A stretch of DNA of 62,672 nt, the filler included, from Perkinsus olseni (lineage: Eukaryota): assembly GCA_013115125.1 (NCBI GenBank). It is 12 parts of 12 records of this genome, joined end to end, with 100 filler letters (N's around TTAATTAATTAA, not from the genome) between each part and the next. Parts side by side here need not be neighbours in the genome. Positions count along the whole stretch, not along the records: positions 1 to 5,183 come from JABANN010001209.1; positions 5,284 to 10,460 come from JABANN010001210.1; positions 10,561 to 15,736 come from JABANN010001211.1; 9 more parts are not named here. One strand, 5' to 3'. Made by a program: the position numbers and the translations under genes. The first letter of the stretch is position 1. Every line of letters starts with the position of its first letter. Shown piece by piece: positions 1 through 12,067 of the stretch. The notes under the pieces were generated by a model, which was not told where the DNA came from, searched no databases, and saw only the letters and a list, made by a program, of their open reading frames with translations.

Positions 1-1989
1 TCGATCAACAATCAGGCGTCACAGGCGAGCGAACTCACGACGCTAACAGCTCGCGCCCGGCTGGCGCTGCACACAAGTAACACAACGCTGCGTTCGTTTG
101 GGACACGTACTTGCTCTCCAGCTCTACAGCTCTCCGTCAAAACCAAATTTTGCAGTTTTCCTACGGATATACGGCAGCTACAACTGAGTCTTTTTGCGTG
201 ATGCTCATCATCATCATCCAATTGAGGGGAAGAACTCACTGCACGCGTAGATGGAACTGGAAGGGGAAGTTGACGATAATCCGTGAATCGAGCCTGGCCA
301 ACGGATACAAAATTAAGCGTACCTTAAGATGGTCGCGAAAGCAGCAGGAGGAGCAGAAGGGGAAGTGGTTCAAACTAAGTCCCTGGATGCAGCTATTCCC
401 TTCGCTGAGACAATGCCTGGTCATCAAACACACAAGTACATGAATGACGACGGGTGTTAAGAATCATCTCTTCAACGAACACGGCAAGCCGAACCCTCTG
501 CGGGGTGCCCTTCGTCGCAAGAGGCATGCCAAGGCACACAGGAGTCGGTGGTAAGACTCCCTCAGCAAGATGTTGTCGTCAGCGTCCGACGCTCAAAACA
601 ATGTTCATCTCTGGTGCGGTTTTTGGGTGGAGCTAGGTGGGTTCACTCGTACCACACCTCCCGTTCATCGTAGTTTCGCTTCTCGTATTGTCTCTTGAAG
701 AGCATGAAGAGTTGCGTGTAGGTTGAGAGCCTTGAACTCCGTATAATCGATCAGGAATACCCGGGATGATCAGGAATACGGTTCGGGCCATCCTTGAGAA
801 GACTCATGGTGCCGAGCGAATGCTTCCTGTGACAAGTACTTTTCAACCGCTCAAAAAAGTATCTTTTATTTGTCAAGCGCACGCTTCAACCTCCGGGAGC
901 TGCCAAAGGCTTTGGCCCAAAGCTATGCATCTCGTTGCGTAGAACCGAGCATCTTCCCCGTCACTAAGATATTTTTGGCATTACGGGAGCTGCATAATTG
1001 AAGCTACCAAGAGAGGGGTGCACCCCTTCATCTACTGAGATCGACCTACAAGCCCTGTAAAAAATCTTGAGCCGGAGTCCAACACCCAAAGCAGCCTGTT
1101 TACACCGATGTGCTCATTTCCCACTAACCAGTGCACTCTTGCCGGGAGGCAGAAGGAGCGACAGCGTCTGGGCGAGGAACAGAAAACAGACGGGTGACGG
1201 TGCCTGATATTTCCGCGGATGTCGCTAACAGCTGTTCTCAAAGTTACGCACCGAAACTCCTATGGGAGAGCATCTAGGGAAGTCGCCGTTTGAGGTTGAC
1301 CTCCGCGAAAGGGCCCATCACCGTCGGCCTGTCGACGGGTAGTCGACGGTATACCTCCTACGTGGAATACCACACCAAACGCAACTCTCCATCACTCATC
1401 AACGCCATCCTCATCATCATGACTGAGCGAATGTGATGCCAACAGACTCCAATCGGTCGGCCAGGAACTCGGCCACCGAATCTGGAAGGCATCCTACACG
1501 GCCGAAAATTACGTGAACCGACTCACCGTTCGCAGGCTGGTGGTCAACAATGGTTCGACACAGCGATTTCAGCGTGGCTATTAAGTGCTGCTGCTGCTCT
1601 TCAACGCCGCTCAGGCGGGCAGCAGTGGCTGTTACCTCAGACTAAAGGCACCGAGAGGGCTTCCATCAGGCCAACGCGAACGAAGCCACCTCCTGTTTGA
1701 GGTTGCCGCTTTGAATGGCTGAGGCAACTCTCTCCTGCATCGCCTCCAAGCTTCGGGACGCTCGCCCAACCTTAGCCGACCCCTCAGTGAGATCACGGGA
1801 CAGGCGGTTCTGAACCGGAGAAAGATAACTCATCTCTCCGAAGCAGGAACACGGGTGAAGGCAAAAGCCAAGGAACCCCGCGCAGCATCAGTAAAACGAC
1901 AGAAAAAACCCTGGAAATTGGAAAACCCGAAACCCGAAGATGCGTCCTTAGAATTTGTACTTCTCCTTTGGATTTAGGACCAACCCCAG

Positions 1990-4625
1990 GAGGGCTCACC
2001 TTGGCGTCAACGAGCCGTGCAATCTTGGCCCGCAAATGACGGGAATCTTCGATCATCTGCAACTTCCTCGCTTCATCAGCATCAGCGATAGCCGTCAAAT
2101 CAGCCATGCGCTTCTTCTTTTTGTGCAACACCTGAGCCAGTTGCAGAATGACCCTCTCCGAAGGTACCACTTCGAGCCGCACCTCGCTTGCGTGCCGAAG
2201 TTGACGCTCCAAGGCATCACCCTCGCCCAACACTGAAGAAGAAGAATAATCTCAGAACCACCACCGGCGCCCGGTTTACTATTATTATCACATACCATAA
2301 ATTGAGGTAATAGCGTTGAATTATACATCATTACTAGATGGGTCAATACGTTATCACAATCAAGGTTAATAACAAAACTGGCTATATAGTAAATGGCTTC
2401 AACAGGTCACCTTTCTCGTCTTTCCTCCTCTCACGCTCCCCAGCGCTCTTCAAGCCAGCTTTGTATCTGTCAAAAGCGCGCGCCCGCTTGATCGATAGTG
2501 ATAAAAGGAATCTCAGCCCACTTCTGATTGCTGTTGATCAGATATCCCAAAGAATTTTCCAAGCCATGCAACTCCTGCTCGGCAATTCTGATTTTCCGAT
2601 CGATCTCGTCGCCTTCCCGCTGCAAAGAATCTTTCATCTGCGCAGCTTTCAGCACAAAATACGCCTGCGACCTGCCAAAGACACCCACTAACCGCCAAAG
2701 ACCTCTTTTTCGCGAGCGAAGACTCTGAAGCCTGGGAAAATAAGATAACGGCTGTAGCGAGAAAATGCGGAAGCCGCAGACTTCCGAAACACGCATGAAA
2801 CGAATGATGAGCCGGAAGAGGAAACTTCGATAACGAGTTATAGTTTATGAATATTTAACAATAGTTTATACTATTAGTATTACTCTATATTGGTATTCAA
2901 TTTAGTATATTACATCAACACACAATAACGTAACTAGTAGGTATATACAATCAATAGAGGTACGAGTTGCTATGAGTAAAGAGAGGCGTTCCGAGAACCA
3001 AATCTGACTTCCTCGGTGATGATGAGACCGAGTCAGAAATTATTAAGGATACTAACGAGACGAGCAGCATTACGCGTATCTTCATCAGCAGCGCGCCAAG
3101 CGGCGAGCGACATTGATACTCATAGTGATACCACATTTTTCACAACAGATGAGCGAGGTTTGATCTGTGTGATGTATTACTTCTCCTCCCCTCCGTCCCC
3201 ATCAGCCATCATCGCCTTCCGGCGTTGGACCATCCCGTCGAACCTACGGTCAAGACAGATGGTCTCAGGCATCGTCCGTTGCGCAATGTGACGTGACGAC
3301 GGTTCTAGAAAAGCTATTCCGCCAGTAAATCTATCGTCCAACGACCAACAGAGGCGCTTAGCAGAGAACGCCCGAAAATAACCAGCAAGAGGATGACCGC
3401 ACGCTGATGAATCATCAGTGATGATCCTAATCACAAAGTCGCTCACTTTCTGACACCTTTAGCTTCGCCCATGATGATCCCCCTCCCGGTACCGCGACTC
3501 ACTTCGCCTTTATGTTGTATATTTTCTGTTTGCGCTCCGCGAGTTGCATTTGCAACGCTTGCTTTTGTTCATTAACCAGTCTCAGCTCAGTGCGAAGTTC
3601 TTCGCAAATAATGTGCAACTGGTAAGTTCACACAACTTCCATCCCAAAGACCCAAGTTCAATCCCTGACAGAGGTATTTTACCTCTTGTTCCTTTTCCTG
3701 GAACTCCAACTGCATCTGCATTTTCCTATTCTCGGCTGCGACGACATTTTCCACCAGCTCCAACAGGGGTGCCTTCAAGCGCTGCACTTCCAACTTCAGG
3801 CTCTCCCTTTGCGCCGCCGCTTCGTCACGTTCATCTATCACAAATTGCGTTGAGGAAATGCAAGTGTCCAAGATGAGCTACTCTTCTTCTGCGTGTCCTC
3901 TCGAGCTGTCATTTCTATTTCCCTTTCCAAGTCCTTCACCCGGTCCTCATTTTCCTGAGAACCCAAATCGCCGCAAACTGCCCCGAAAAGCGACAACGCA
4001 CCTTCTCGACCGCTCGAGCGCTGGCCAGGCGTTTCTTAGCCTCCCTCACTTCCCCTTCCTGCTGTTTGATCTGTCTACTCAGCAGTTGCAAGAGACTCTG
4101 AAGCACACAATGTCCATACCATCTCTTGCGTAATTCAGGCTCCCATCCGTGGGCAGTTGTGCAGTAAATCATAAAGACAGGGATGAGAAAACCCGTGACG
4201 ATTAATCACAGAAAATGACGGACAAGTCACCTTCAGATTTCTCGAAGGAATCCTGCATTAACTGCAACGCTGGAAAACCTTCCTTCTCTCTTCAAGAGTT
4301 GATGTCTCTTACGCTCAGCGACAACCAAAGTGTGATGGCGAACAGGCACCCGGAAGTGAACCACTCCTCACGACGATAAAACCCCAAACTCAAGGGGTTC
4401 TCTACAAACGCACGAAGATGGACACCCGAACGAAGCCATTCCGCGTTTGCTAAGGTGGCTCGTAGCGGCGACTGACCTGTTGTTCTTGGAGTTGCCCTTC
4501 ATAATTAATAATCTTCCGATTCAACTCTTCCTTCTCTTCAACGCTCCTCTCACCGCTGATTCGGGCCACTTTACGCTGCATCAATTGACACTCGAAATCG
4601 ACGTTGTAAAGCAGCTCCTGAAAGG
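1990..4625 (-). CDS. CCDC39: CCDC39/FAP59 axonemal coiled-coil protein, multi-exon, partial (boundaries approximate; N-terminal half not identified)
   Basis: Minus-strand exon translations QELLYNVDFECQLMQRKVARISGERSVEEKEEL, LKLEVQRLK...ENRKMQMQLEFQEKEQEV, LQMQLAERKQKIYNIKAK and SQAYFVLKAAQMKDSLQREGDEIDRKIRIAEQELHGLENSL match conserved CCDC39 blocks in the expected order. Confidence 0.8.
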
Positions 4626-5183
4626 CGGAGCGAAGCACCTCACAGTAGTTGTATAAAATCACAACAAAAATTATCGAAAAGAGCGACGATACTTCCTGCC
4701 AGATCGAAGACTGAAGTCTGCCGAGGCAGGCTTCTACGGGCTCCCCAACGACAACTCCTGGCTGGGTAGGGGGGATGAGGCTTCGACTGTCGCGACACCA
4801 CGAACGAAGGCGCTACGGCGCTCACGGAGACTTCAACCCCCTACTAAGGTAGAAGACGTCATTCCTGCCCGCCCCCTCCCGCTCGCCTTCCTCATCGAAC
4901 GGAGATCAGCTATGACCCGTACTGCCGAATGTCAACCCCGCTCCGGATGTTTTGGTATTGCTCACGACGAATATACTGCATATAATAAGACCACGTATTT
5001 AACGTAAATATCAAGCATCACTTTATCATTGTAAAAGGTATTATTTACTAGGCCTTCGTAACGAAAAAAGCGGAGCTCGGGACAAGTCTCGGGTTCGAAC
5101 CTCAGCCCGTGCTTTTTTCCGTATTTTTTCGGGTTCATCCACAACGGTCCACGACGGTTTTGCTCGGTAGAACACGGATGAGA

Positions 5184-5283
5184 NNNNNNNNNNNNNNNNN
5201 NNNNNNNNNNNNNNNNNNNNNNNNNNNTTAATTAATTAANNNNNNNNNNNNNNNNNNNNNNNNNNNNNNNNNNNNNNNNNNNN
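5184..5283. other. Artificial contig linker N44-TTAATTAATTAA-N44; same linker at 10461, 15737, 21009, 26272, 31497, 36721, 41943, 47154, 52355, 57518
   Basis: Identical 100-nt spacer with stop codons in all six frames; intervening segments decrease monotonically in length. Confidence 0.98.
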
Positions 5284-5516
5284 GAGTATCGCTGCCTTGA
5301 TGCTCCCTTACGCGTGATGATGATGCTAGGGGCTGAGCTACTGAGTATCGCTGCCTTGATGCTCCCTTACGCGTGATGATGATGATGCCAGGGGCTGAGC
5401 TACTGAGTATCGCTGCCTTGATGCTCCCTTACGCGTGATGATGATGATGCCAGGGGCTGAGCTACTGAGTATCGCTGTTTTGATGCTACGCGTGATGATG
5501 ATGCCAGGGGCTGAGA
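5284..5516. repeat. Tandem repeat, ~59-62 bp unit, ~4 copies
   Basis: GAGTATCGCTGCCTTGATGCTCCCTTACGCG(TGA)n...GGGGCTGAGCTACT starts at 5284, 5343, 5405 and 5467. Confidence 0.9.
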
Positions 5517-5527
5517 ATGACAGTCTT

Positions 5528-5624
5528 GAGGGATGTTTAGAGAATCAATTCTGGAATCGATTTTGAACCCTTACATGCGATTCCGGAATGAATTCTGAAA
5601 TTCAATTTCCTCTGAACAACCCTC
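5528..5624. mobile_element. Putative ~97-bp mini-MITE
   Basis: Imperfect TIRs GAGGGATGTTTAGAGAA / revcomp GAGGGTTGTTCAGAGGAA; internal GAATCAATTC-like motifs; no TSD seen. Confidence 0.4.
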
Positions 5625-6712
5625 TTTTTCCCAAGACTTGGGCTGCTCTGTTACGCTCCGCCTGTGTCCCAAGTATGAGTAAAAAGACTACAGCAAGCTC
5701 TGCCAGGCAGAGTCTGCCTTGTTGCACACTATGCTCAAGCTTTTGACAGGCTTCGACAGAGAATTCATTGGCCCTTGTACTCGGGTTACACTGCCGCCAA
5801 TAAGCGTGTTAGGAGACTGGCTAATTGAGAACAGAACGCCCGAGCCTTGCCCTCTGGAACCAATCCTTGACCCTTTGCCTTCTTATCATCAGCGTTCGCA
5901 AGCCTCTCATCGGAGCAAGGTAGGATAAGCGATTTTAACATCACAAGCGCCAACTAATTTCTATCAGCGTATGTCTGTCACGCCGTCAATCCAGGAGTAT
6001 GTTTTCCCCTAGGTTAAATGAGTTGCTTAGTCAACGGGAAATCTCAAAGGAAAAATTTCGTGTCCGAGTCCAACAACCCACTACGAACACAAAGCTGTTG
6101 ATAATGAGAAAGTTACATTATGAATTGTTCTGCAAACGAGTGCTGCTGTCTTCAGCTGGACGTCCGATAGTTTCCGAGTCCCTGACCGAGATTGACTGAC
6201 ACTCTCAAGCTCGAATCTGGAAATGCTTACCCGACTTCTTGCAGCTCCTCCCAGCCGTCACCGACTCTTAGTCGGACATCCCGGAATACCGACGAAAACA
6301 ACTAAACGGAAGAAATAATGCCACTGCCCGACTTGAGAGCGAGAGGTTTCGTTTCGTTGATTTAACGTCGCTGGATAACAACAGTTGTCTCTGGGTAGCA
6401 AGGAGCGAAATAGAAGGTTTCGCATATACTAGTGAATGTCACTAATAGCACAGAAGAAAACCAAAGTAATGGATTTCCTTCACGCGTAAAAGAATCTATA
6501 ATTTCGATACTTTCTTAAAAACTATCCTCTCAGGTAGAGCATAAAGTATCTTCTCAATGCCAAGAATGAAAGCTACGTCCGTTCAGTATTCCACGGGGAA
6601 GCGAATGGCGATCGCCACGCAGCGACAATCCCCCCGTTCAATAGGCTGATTCTGAATCTCACGATTCTAGAAGTTATTTTTACGAAGTGAAAGGCGGTGC
6701 CAGAATCGATTC

Positions 6713-8348
6713 TCAGTTCACACCCCCGGTATTCAGGACTGAATCAGCGGTACTTACCACTCCGACAGTGATGCTGAGCCAACCGACCCCGATGAGAATG
6801 AATGTGATTAGACCAGCCGTCCTGAGCTGCCCAACGGCGGAATGAGACGCTAACACTGATATTAAAAATCCAAAAACAATCTGAGGGAAGATGATTCTCC
6901 ATGAGTACGCAGCAATTGTTCTTCGGTAGACGTACCATAGCTCCAATAGTTGTCAACATCCAGAAAAAAGCAGCCAGACGCGGCGGATTCCGAAAGAGCT
7001 GACGGAAAAGCAAACAACAGTAATTGTCACACGCAAGATGCAAACGCTGGGAATTACACTGGATGATTCGAAACAGCAGCTCGGGGCCGAAATTTCTTTC
7101 AAGAGCTGCAAAATTTTTACTCGAAAATGGCCCATCCGTCATACTTCTAAGTTGCGGACGAGCTTCCACTTCGGGTGGGCAACAATCGAAAGCTCTCATC
7201 GTGAAGTGGACGACGCTGGAGCCGCACTTCCGTCACATTAATGAGCAAACGCCGAATAATTACCAACAATCGATCGCATGGCCAAAAATTTGATAGGCCA
7301 CCTGCGTGTGAATGAGAGCAAGCTCTGATGCAGCCGCAGTGGACATGCTCCTGCATTGGTCGAACAAAAACGCTTTTTTGTATCCCCCTCCCTCACTACT
7401 ACCCATCCAAAGCCTTTGGTAACAGCCTTCGCCAACAACGGCTGGGTGCGCTCAGAGTAGATCACGATGCCCGCTTGGATCGATATCAGGCACGCAAAAA
7501 GCAGCGATAAGAGAATTAACTGAGGAGCTTCGTTTACTCCTAACGCTGTAAAAATGCTATTACATTCGACTGGCGATGGTTGGCAGCGAAAATTGCAAAG
7601 ATGACGGAGGCGATCACTGAGAGGATCGACCACATGACGCAGAAAACGAGGAGGATCTGAAGTGACGAAAACTGATGACACCGGGAAACACGAAAGTTCT
7701 CTGTTCTGCTATTTCGTTCTTATTCGTATTTTCATTTATTTTTTGTTCTTTTTTTCAAGGCTCTGGAATGCAGGGTCGATCATGTCAACTGCCGTTCTGA
7801 AGGGCTCTTCGTGTAAACGACGGTTTGGAACACAATGAACACGATCGTGATCGCCACAATGACCACCCACTAACGCATACTCCCCTGAGGCTGAGGATGA
7901 TCCCCACCTCTGCCCGAGTAGGGCGATGATGAAGATCAGGTTCCGCCAGAGGGCCAGTGTGACTACGAAGGGCTCCACTTACTACTCTTACATTTCTTAC
8001 TGCTGATATCTAAGCGTTTCATCCTTTAGGGGTACCCCGTGAAGAACGCTCCGACCTATTAAGTAGTCGATCTACCACTAGGAGGCGACAGTTAGTGAGC
8101 TGCAGTGCTGTCATCTCGCCGAGAGAATTTACCGGACATAGTGAAAACCCCGGCCTACGTCGCGTCAAGTGAAGATGGTGCAGTACGGTCTCAGCTAGCA
8201 GTGTCGGGTTCAATTGGCAACCTACCATTCTGGAATGCCCTCTTTCCATGGACCTCTCATCTTCTGGTTCGTCGAAGTCCACACCTTCCACGCCGCCGGC
8301 TCGCCTGCGACGACGACTCCGTCTGCTCGGTACTCCATTCGTGGTCAT
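6713..8348 (-). CDS. Hypothetical multi-exon membrane protein
   Basis: Minus-strand ORF segments with hydrophobic helices (LILLSLLFACLISIQAGIVIY; IIFPQIVFGFLISVLA; GLITFILIGVGWLSITVGVV); candidate ATG at 8348; exon structure not resolved. Confidence 0.4.
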
Positions 8349-8483
8349 GATGTGAAAAATATTCAACTCAACGCCAAGAGGCGCGCTCAAAAAGAATCGA
8401 TCACGATGGCGCGCGCTTTCTACGTTGCAAGATCGCGATCCGACGCATCCTCAACGTTAGAAGTTGAGCTACTTATCATCGTA

Positions 8484-9871
8484 ATGTTGAGACCCTTCCT
8501 TTCTGCCGGCACTGTTGTTCGCATCGCTCCCGCGTATTCATGCGCAGCCCAGAGGAGGTAAGACCTCGTTAACCTGGCGAGGGTTTCATAGCCCTCAATG
8601 CAGGTTCTATCATGACAACGTGCTGGACCACTTCAAGAACCCTCGAAATGCTGGCAAGCTTGACAAGAAGGACCCCAGTGTTGGCACTGCTGTCGTTGGT
8701 GAGACAATCGGTCTTGCTGAATTGAATCTTGTTTCGTATCCCTATTACGTCGATGACGACGTAATGTCCTTTATCGGTTTGCCGCGTGTCCATCGTTCAC
8801 GATTTGTCTCACCTGATTTCCTAAACTCAACGCTCCCGATCTACATTTTTTGAATCAATTTTTTTTCGATTGCATATTTGGCGGCGTTCTGCGAGTCCTG
8901 GTTGATTTTTCAAATTCAACGGTGCCGATTATCGTCTTCAATACGCAGGTAAAGCTTCCTGTGGTGATGTTGTCCAACTGCAAGTCAAGATTGAAGACGG
9001 TGTCGTGCGTGATGCTAAGTTCAAGACGTTCGGCTGCGGGTCGGCCATCGCCAGCAGCAGTCTCGCCACTGAGATGATCAAAGGTCGGTCTTTTCATCGC
9101 GTCAAACAGTCTCTTGCGAGAACTGAAGATTTATTTCTCGTGGAACGCTCAGTCCGCTGTCGACTCACACGAGGACTCGTGTCTCGAACAGCCCAGCTGA
9201 CGTTTTTTGACTTTTCAGGGAAGACCCAGAAGGAGGCATCGGAGTTGAAGAACACGGACATATCGGGCTACCTCAAGTTGCCTCCAGTGAAGATCCACTG
9301 CTCTCTTCTTGTTGAGGAGGTGAGTTCAGTATGCCTAACTCTGCTAGAAGGTCTCCTGTCATCTATGATGACGTTGAAGCGCTAGGGCGGATCGCGGAGT
9401 CGTATTGGTTTGTATGCTGTTGAGCAGTTTGTTAGGATCGGTACACCAGTACGACTTCATATGTATCCAGGCTCTGTACGACTGCTCTGTACAGAGGTGA
9501 TTCAAGCGACCTGCACGTTAATTATCGAGCGCATTTTCGCCTTATGCAGTCACATCTGCAGGCAGACCTTTTCTCTGGTCCGTGAACATACCCGTTGTGA
9601 GGTCTACTGTCGTACACTACTTCTGCGGGCTAGAAGCTGACGAGACTTTGCCGGGGTGGAATTCTTCGAGCAAAATGACACAAGTGACGTTCACGTTTCG
9701 GAGTGGCTGCGCTTGCTGATGGCTGCTTTGGTCGCATTGCTAAGAATTCTTTCCAGTTCGATTTCCCGGTGGCTGATCACTGGTTCATTTCAGGCGGTTC
9801 AAGCAGCTTTGGCCGACTATGAGCGCAAGCAGGGTGAAATGAAGGGTGCCGAGGAAGCTGCGGTTATCTAA
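8484..9871 (+). CDS. ISCU: Mitochondrial Fe-S cluster scaffold IscU; exons 8484-8557, 8604-8698, 8949-9083, 9219-9319, 9794-9871
   Basis: Spliced translation: Arg-rich transit peptide, YHDNVLDHFKNPRNAG, GKASCGDV, FKTFGCGSAIASSS, LPPVKIHCS; all introns GT-AG and in phase. Confidence 0.96.
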
Positions 9872-11340
9872 GATTTATTATTCAATCGTCACGTATCATT
9901 GATGTATGCCTTCCAGCTCTAAGTGCGGCTGATTCGTTCAGTTAGCAGCCGACGGCAGTGGTCAAAAAGACCCTCCTAGTGCTTAGGCATGTGGCCTTCG
10001 AACTAGGTGTATTAGCCGATTATCACGCCGTTCGGGGATTCCTGTAGAGTTTAGTGTTAATCACTTTGTGTTGCCTCTGTCTTTCTTGAAGCTAGCCGCA
10101 CGAGGGGAAACAACCATTCTCGAAAGCGCTCGTTTGAAATTGTATGTTATTCGGATTCCACCATTCGTGGGAGGATGATGTATATTTGAGTTGTAGATTC
10201 AGGTCATACTCGAACTGCGTAGAGACCTCACCCGCCCTTAACTTCTCGTTGCTCTCACGTCCTTCCCCGCTCGACCAGACGTACCGTGTAAAACTTCCAT
10301 GTCGATCTGATACTTCCAACTCAATTATTATGCCCGGTACAGCGGTGGAGTCAGGGCGGCCTATTTATGTCCATACTATTCGTTTAAACCATTCAGAAGC
10401 CTATTTGGCGGATAGGGTTGCCGTTGCCGTAGCCTATATGGGGGTCGAGGATGATATCATNNNNNNNNNNNNNNNNNNNNNNNNNNNNNNNNNNNNNNNN
10501 NNNNTTAATTAATTAANNNNNNNNNNNNNNNNNNNNNNNNNNNNNNNNNNNNNNNNNNNNCTTTATCTTCAAGTTCATCACCTAGAACCTTTGTATACTT
10601 TGACGATCGTGATTAGACCAACGACTATGAGCTTTTGTCAACTTGCTGCTCAGCGTCATTACTGGGCAACCTTCAAAGTCTGCTGCACTGAAAAGAGCTC
10701 ATCCCCTCCGGCTCGGATTCGGCCAACTTCATCTCAAGGTACCCTCCAGAGCGTAGCATTAGTGGCGATGGGACTGGTATCGCATACGAACACCCAAAAT
10801 GTATCTGACGCCAGTATCTCATCAACTGAATGCCAACGTACGAGCTAGAAGTGACAGTTTTCTGCTATTTTCCGCCGCCTTATCTTCAAGTCGTCGGTGA
10901 TGGCCACCTTTACACTCCTTTTGGATTTTGGATATTGCATGATGAAGTCAGTAAAAGGTGACGTTAGCTCCGCCAATGACTTTTTAACTCTTGTCCACGT
11001 GAACGCTGATCTACAGCTAGTTGAGAAATCCCAATACCTTTCTCAGCTGTCCGACCGTTTCTGGAGGGGAAAAGAGGACCTCTGCCAGCTCAGACAATGT
11101 GCGATCTGCTAGTCGCCATCTTTTTGCGGATAGACAGCGGCAAGTACTCGATCTCCTGGACGGGTTTCCTGGAATCCTTCCGTTCAGGAAAGAGAACTCC
11201 TTGGCTTTCCATGACATTCACGGCCTCGACACTCGTCCTGGGTGGAGCCCCACACTAGAGCGCCATCTACGTAGGGAGCCACGAATCGATAATCTGAGCC
11301 TGGTCCTTGCCGCAGTAACTTAGTCAGACTATAGCTCCAC

Positions 11341-12067
11341 GGGTGTATTCCGATTCGTACATCGAAAACTCGTACACTATCACTTCGTACACGGCTCGCA
11401 CACTGAATTCTCGTTCAGTCATTGGATTCATACATCGCCATTTCGTACACTTGATACTCGTACACGTAATACTCGTTCATGTAGAAAGTCGTACACATAG
11501 AGTTTGTACACGTGAATCTCATACACTGACAACTCGTACACGAGCACGACTCGTACACTATGCTTGCTGAGTCGCATTTTTGGGCCGCGCGGTGGGTGCA
11601 ATGGCGGAGCGAAGGAAGTTATATTGTCTATAGGGAGCGAACTGTTCGCGCCATTCTGTGAGAAGAAGTCTATCAGGGTGACTGGTATGGTGGTTAAGGC
11701 AGCGGACTCTCGAAAATTTTTTAGGCAAGTCACGGAGCTGCTCCGCGACTTGCCTAAAAAATTTTCGCGGAGTGTACGAAATGACGGTGTACGACTTGAA
11801 ACTGGGCTTGTGTACGAAATGAGAGTGTGTGGAATCCTGGTATACGAGTTGAAAGTGTACGACTATTATGTGTACGGGTGTTATATGTACGGGTATTACG
11901 TATACGAGCACCATGTATACGAGTTTTATATGAGTTTTATATGTACGAATCTCTCGTGTATGACTACTCGGTGTACGAGTATTTCGTGTACGATTAGAAA
12001 GTGTATGAGTATTGGCGACATCAGTCGAAAATGAACGACTATTTGGTGTGCGAAACGTGAACATCCC
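11341..12067. mobile_element. Non-autonomous foldback-type DNA transposon (MITE) with 8-bp TSD
   Basis: AGCTCCAC at 11333-11340 and 12068-12075; termini GGGTGTATTC...GAACATCCC; oppositely oriented arrays of TCGTACAC / GTGTACGA at ~15-bp period. Confidence 0.8.

Noticed and set aside
5228-5239. Regularly spaced TTAATTAATTAA as a biological repeat
   Set aside because: Always centred in N runs; it is an assembly linker
11350-12034. ORFs of 156 and 168 aa with VYE/RTR periodicity, or a guide-RNA-type array
   Set aside because: The peptide periodicity is a by-product of the 15-bp DNA motif; TSD and termini explain the region as a MITE, and ~7-nt spacers are too short to be guides
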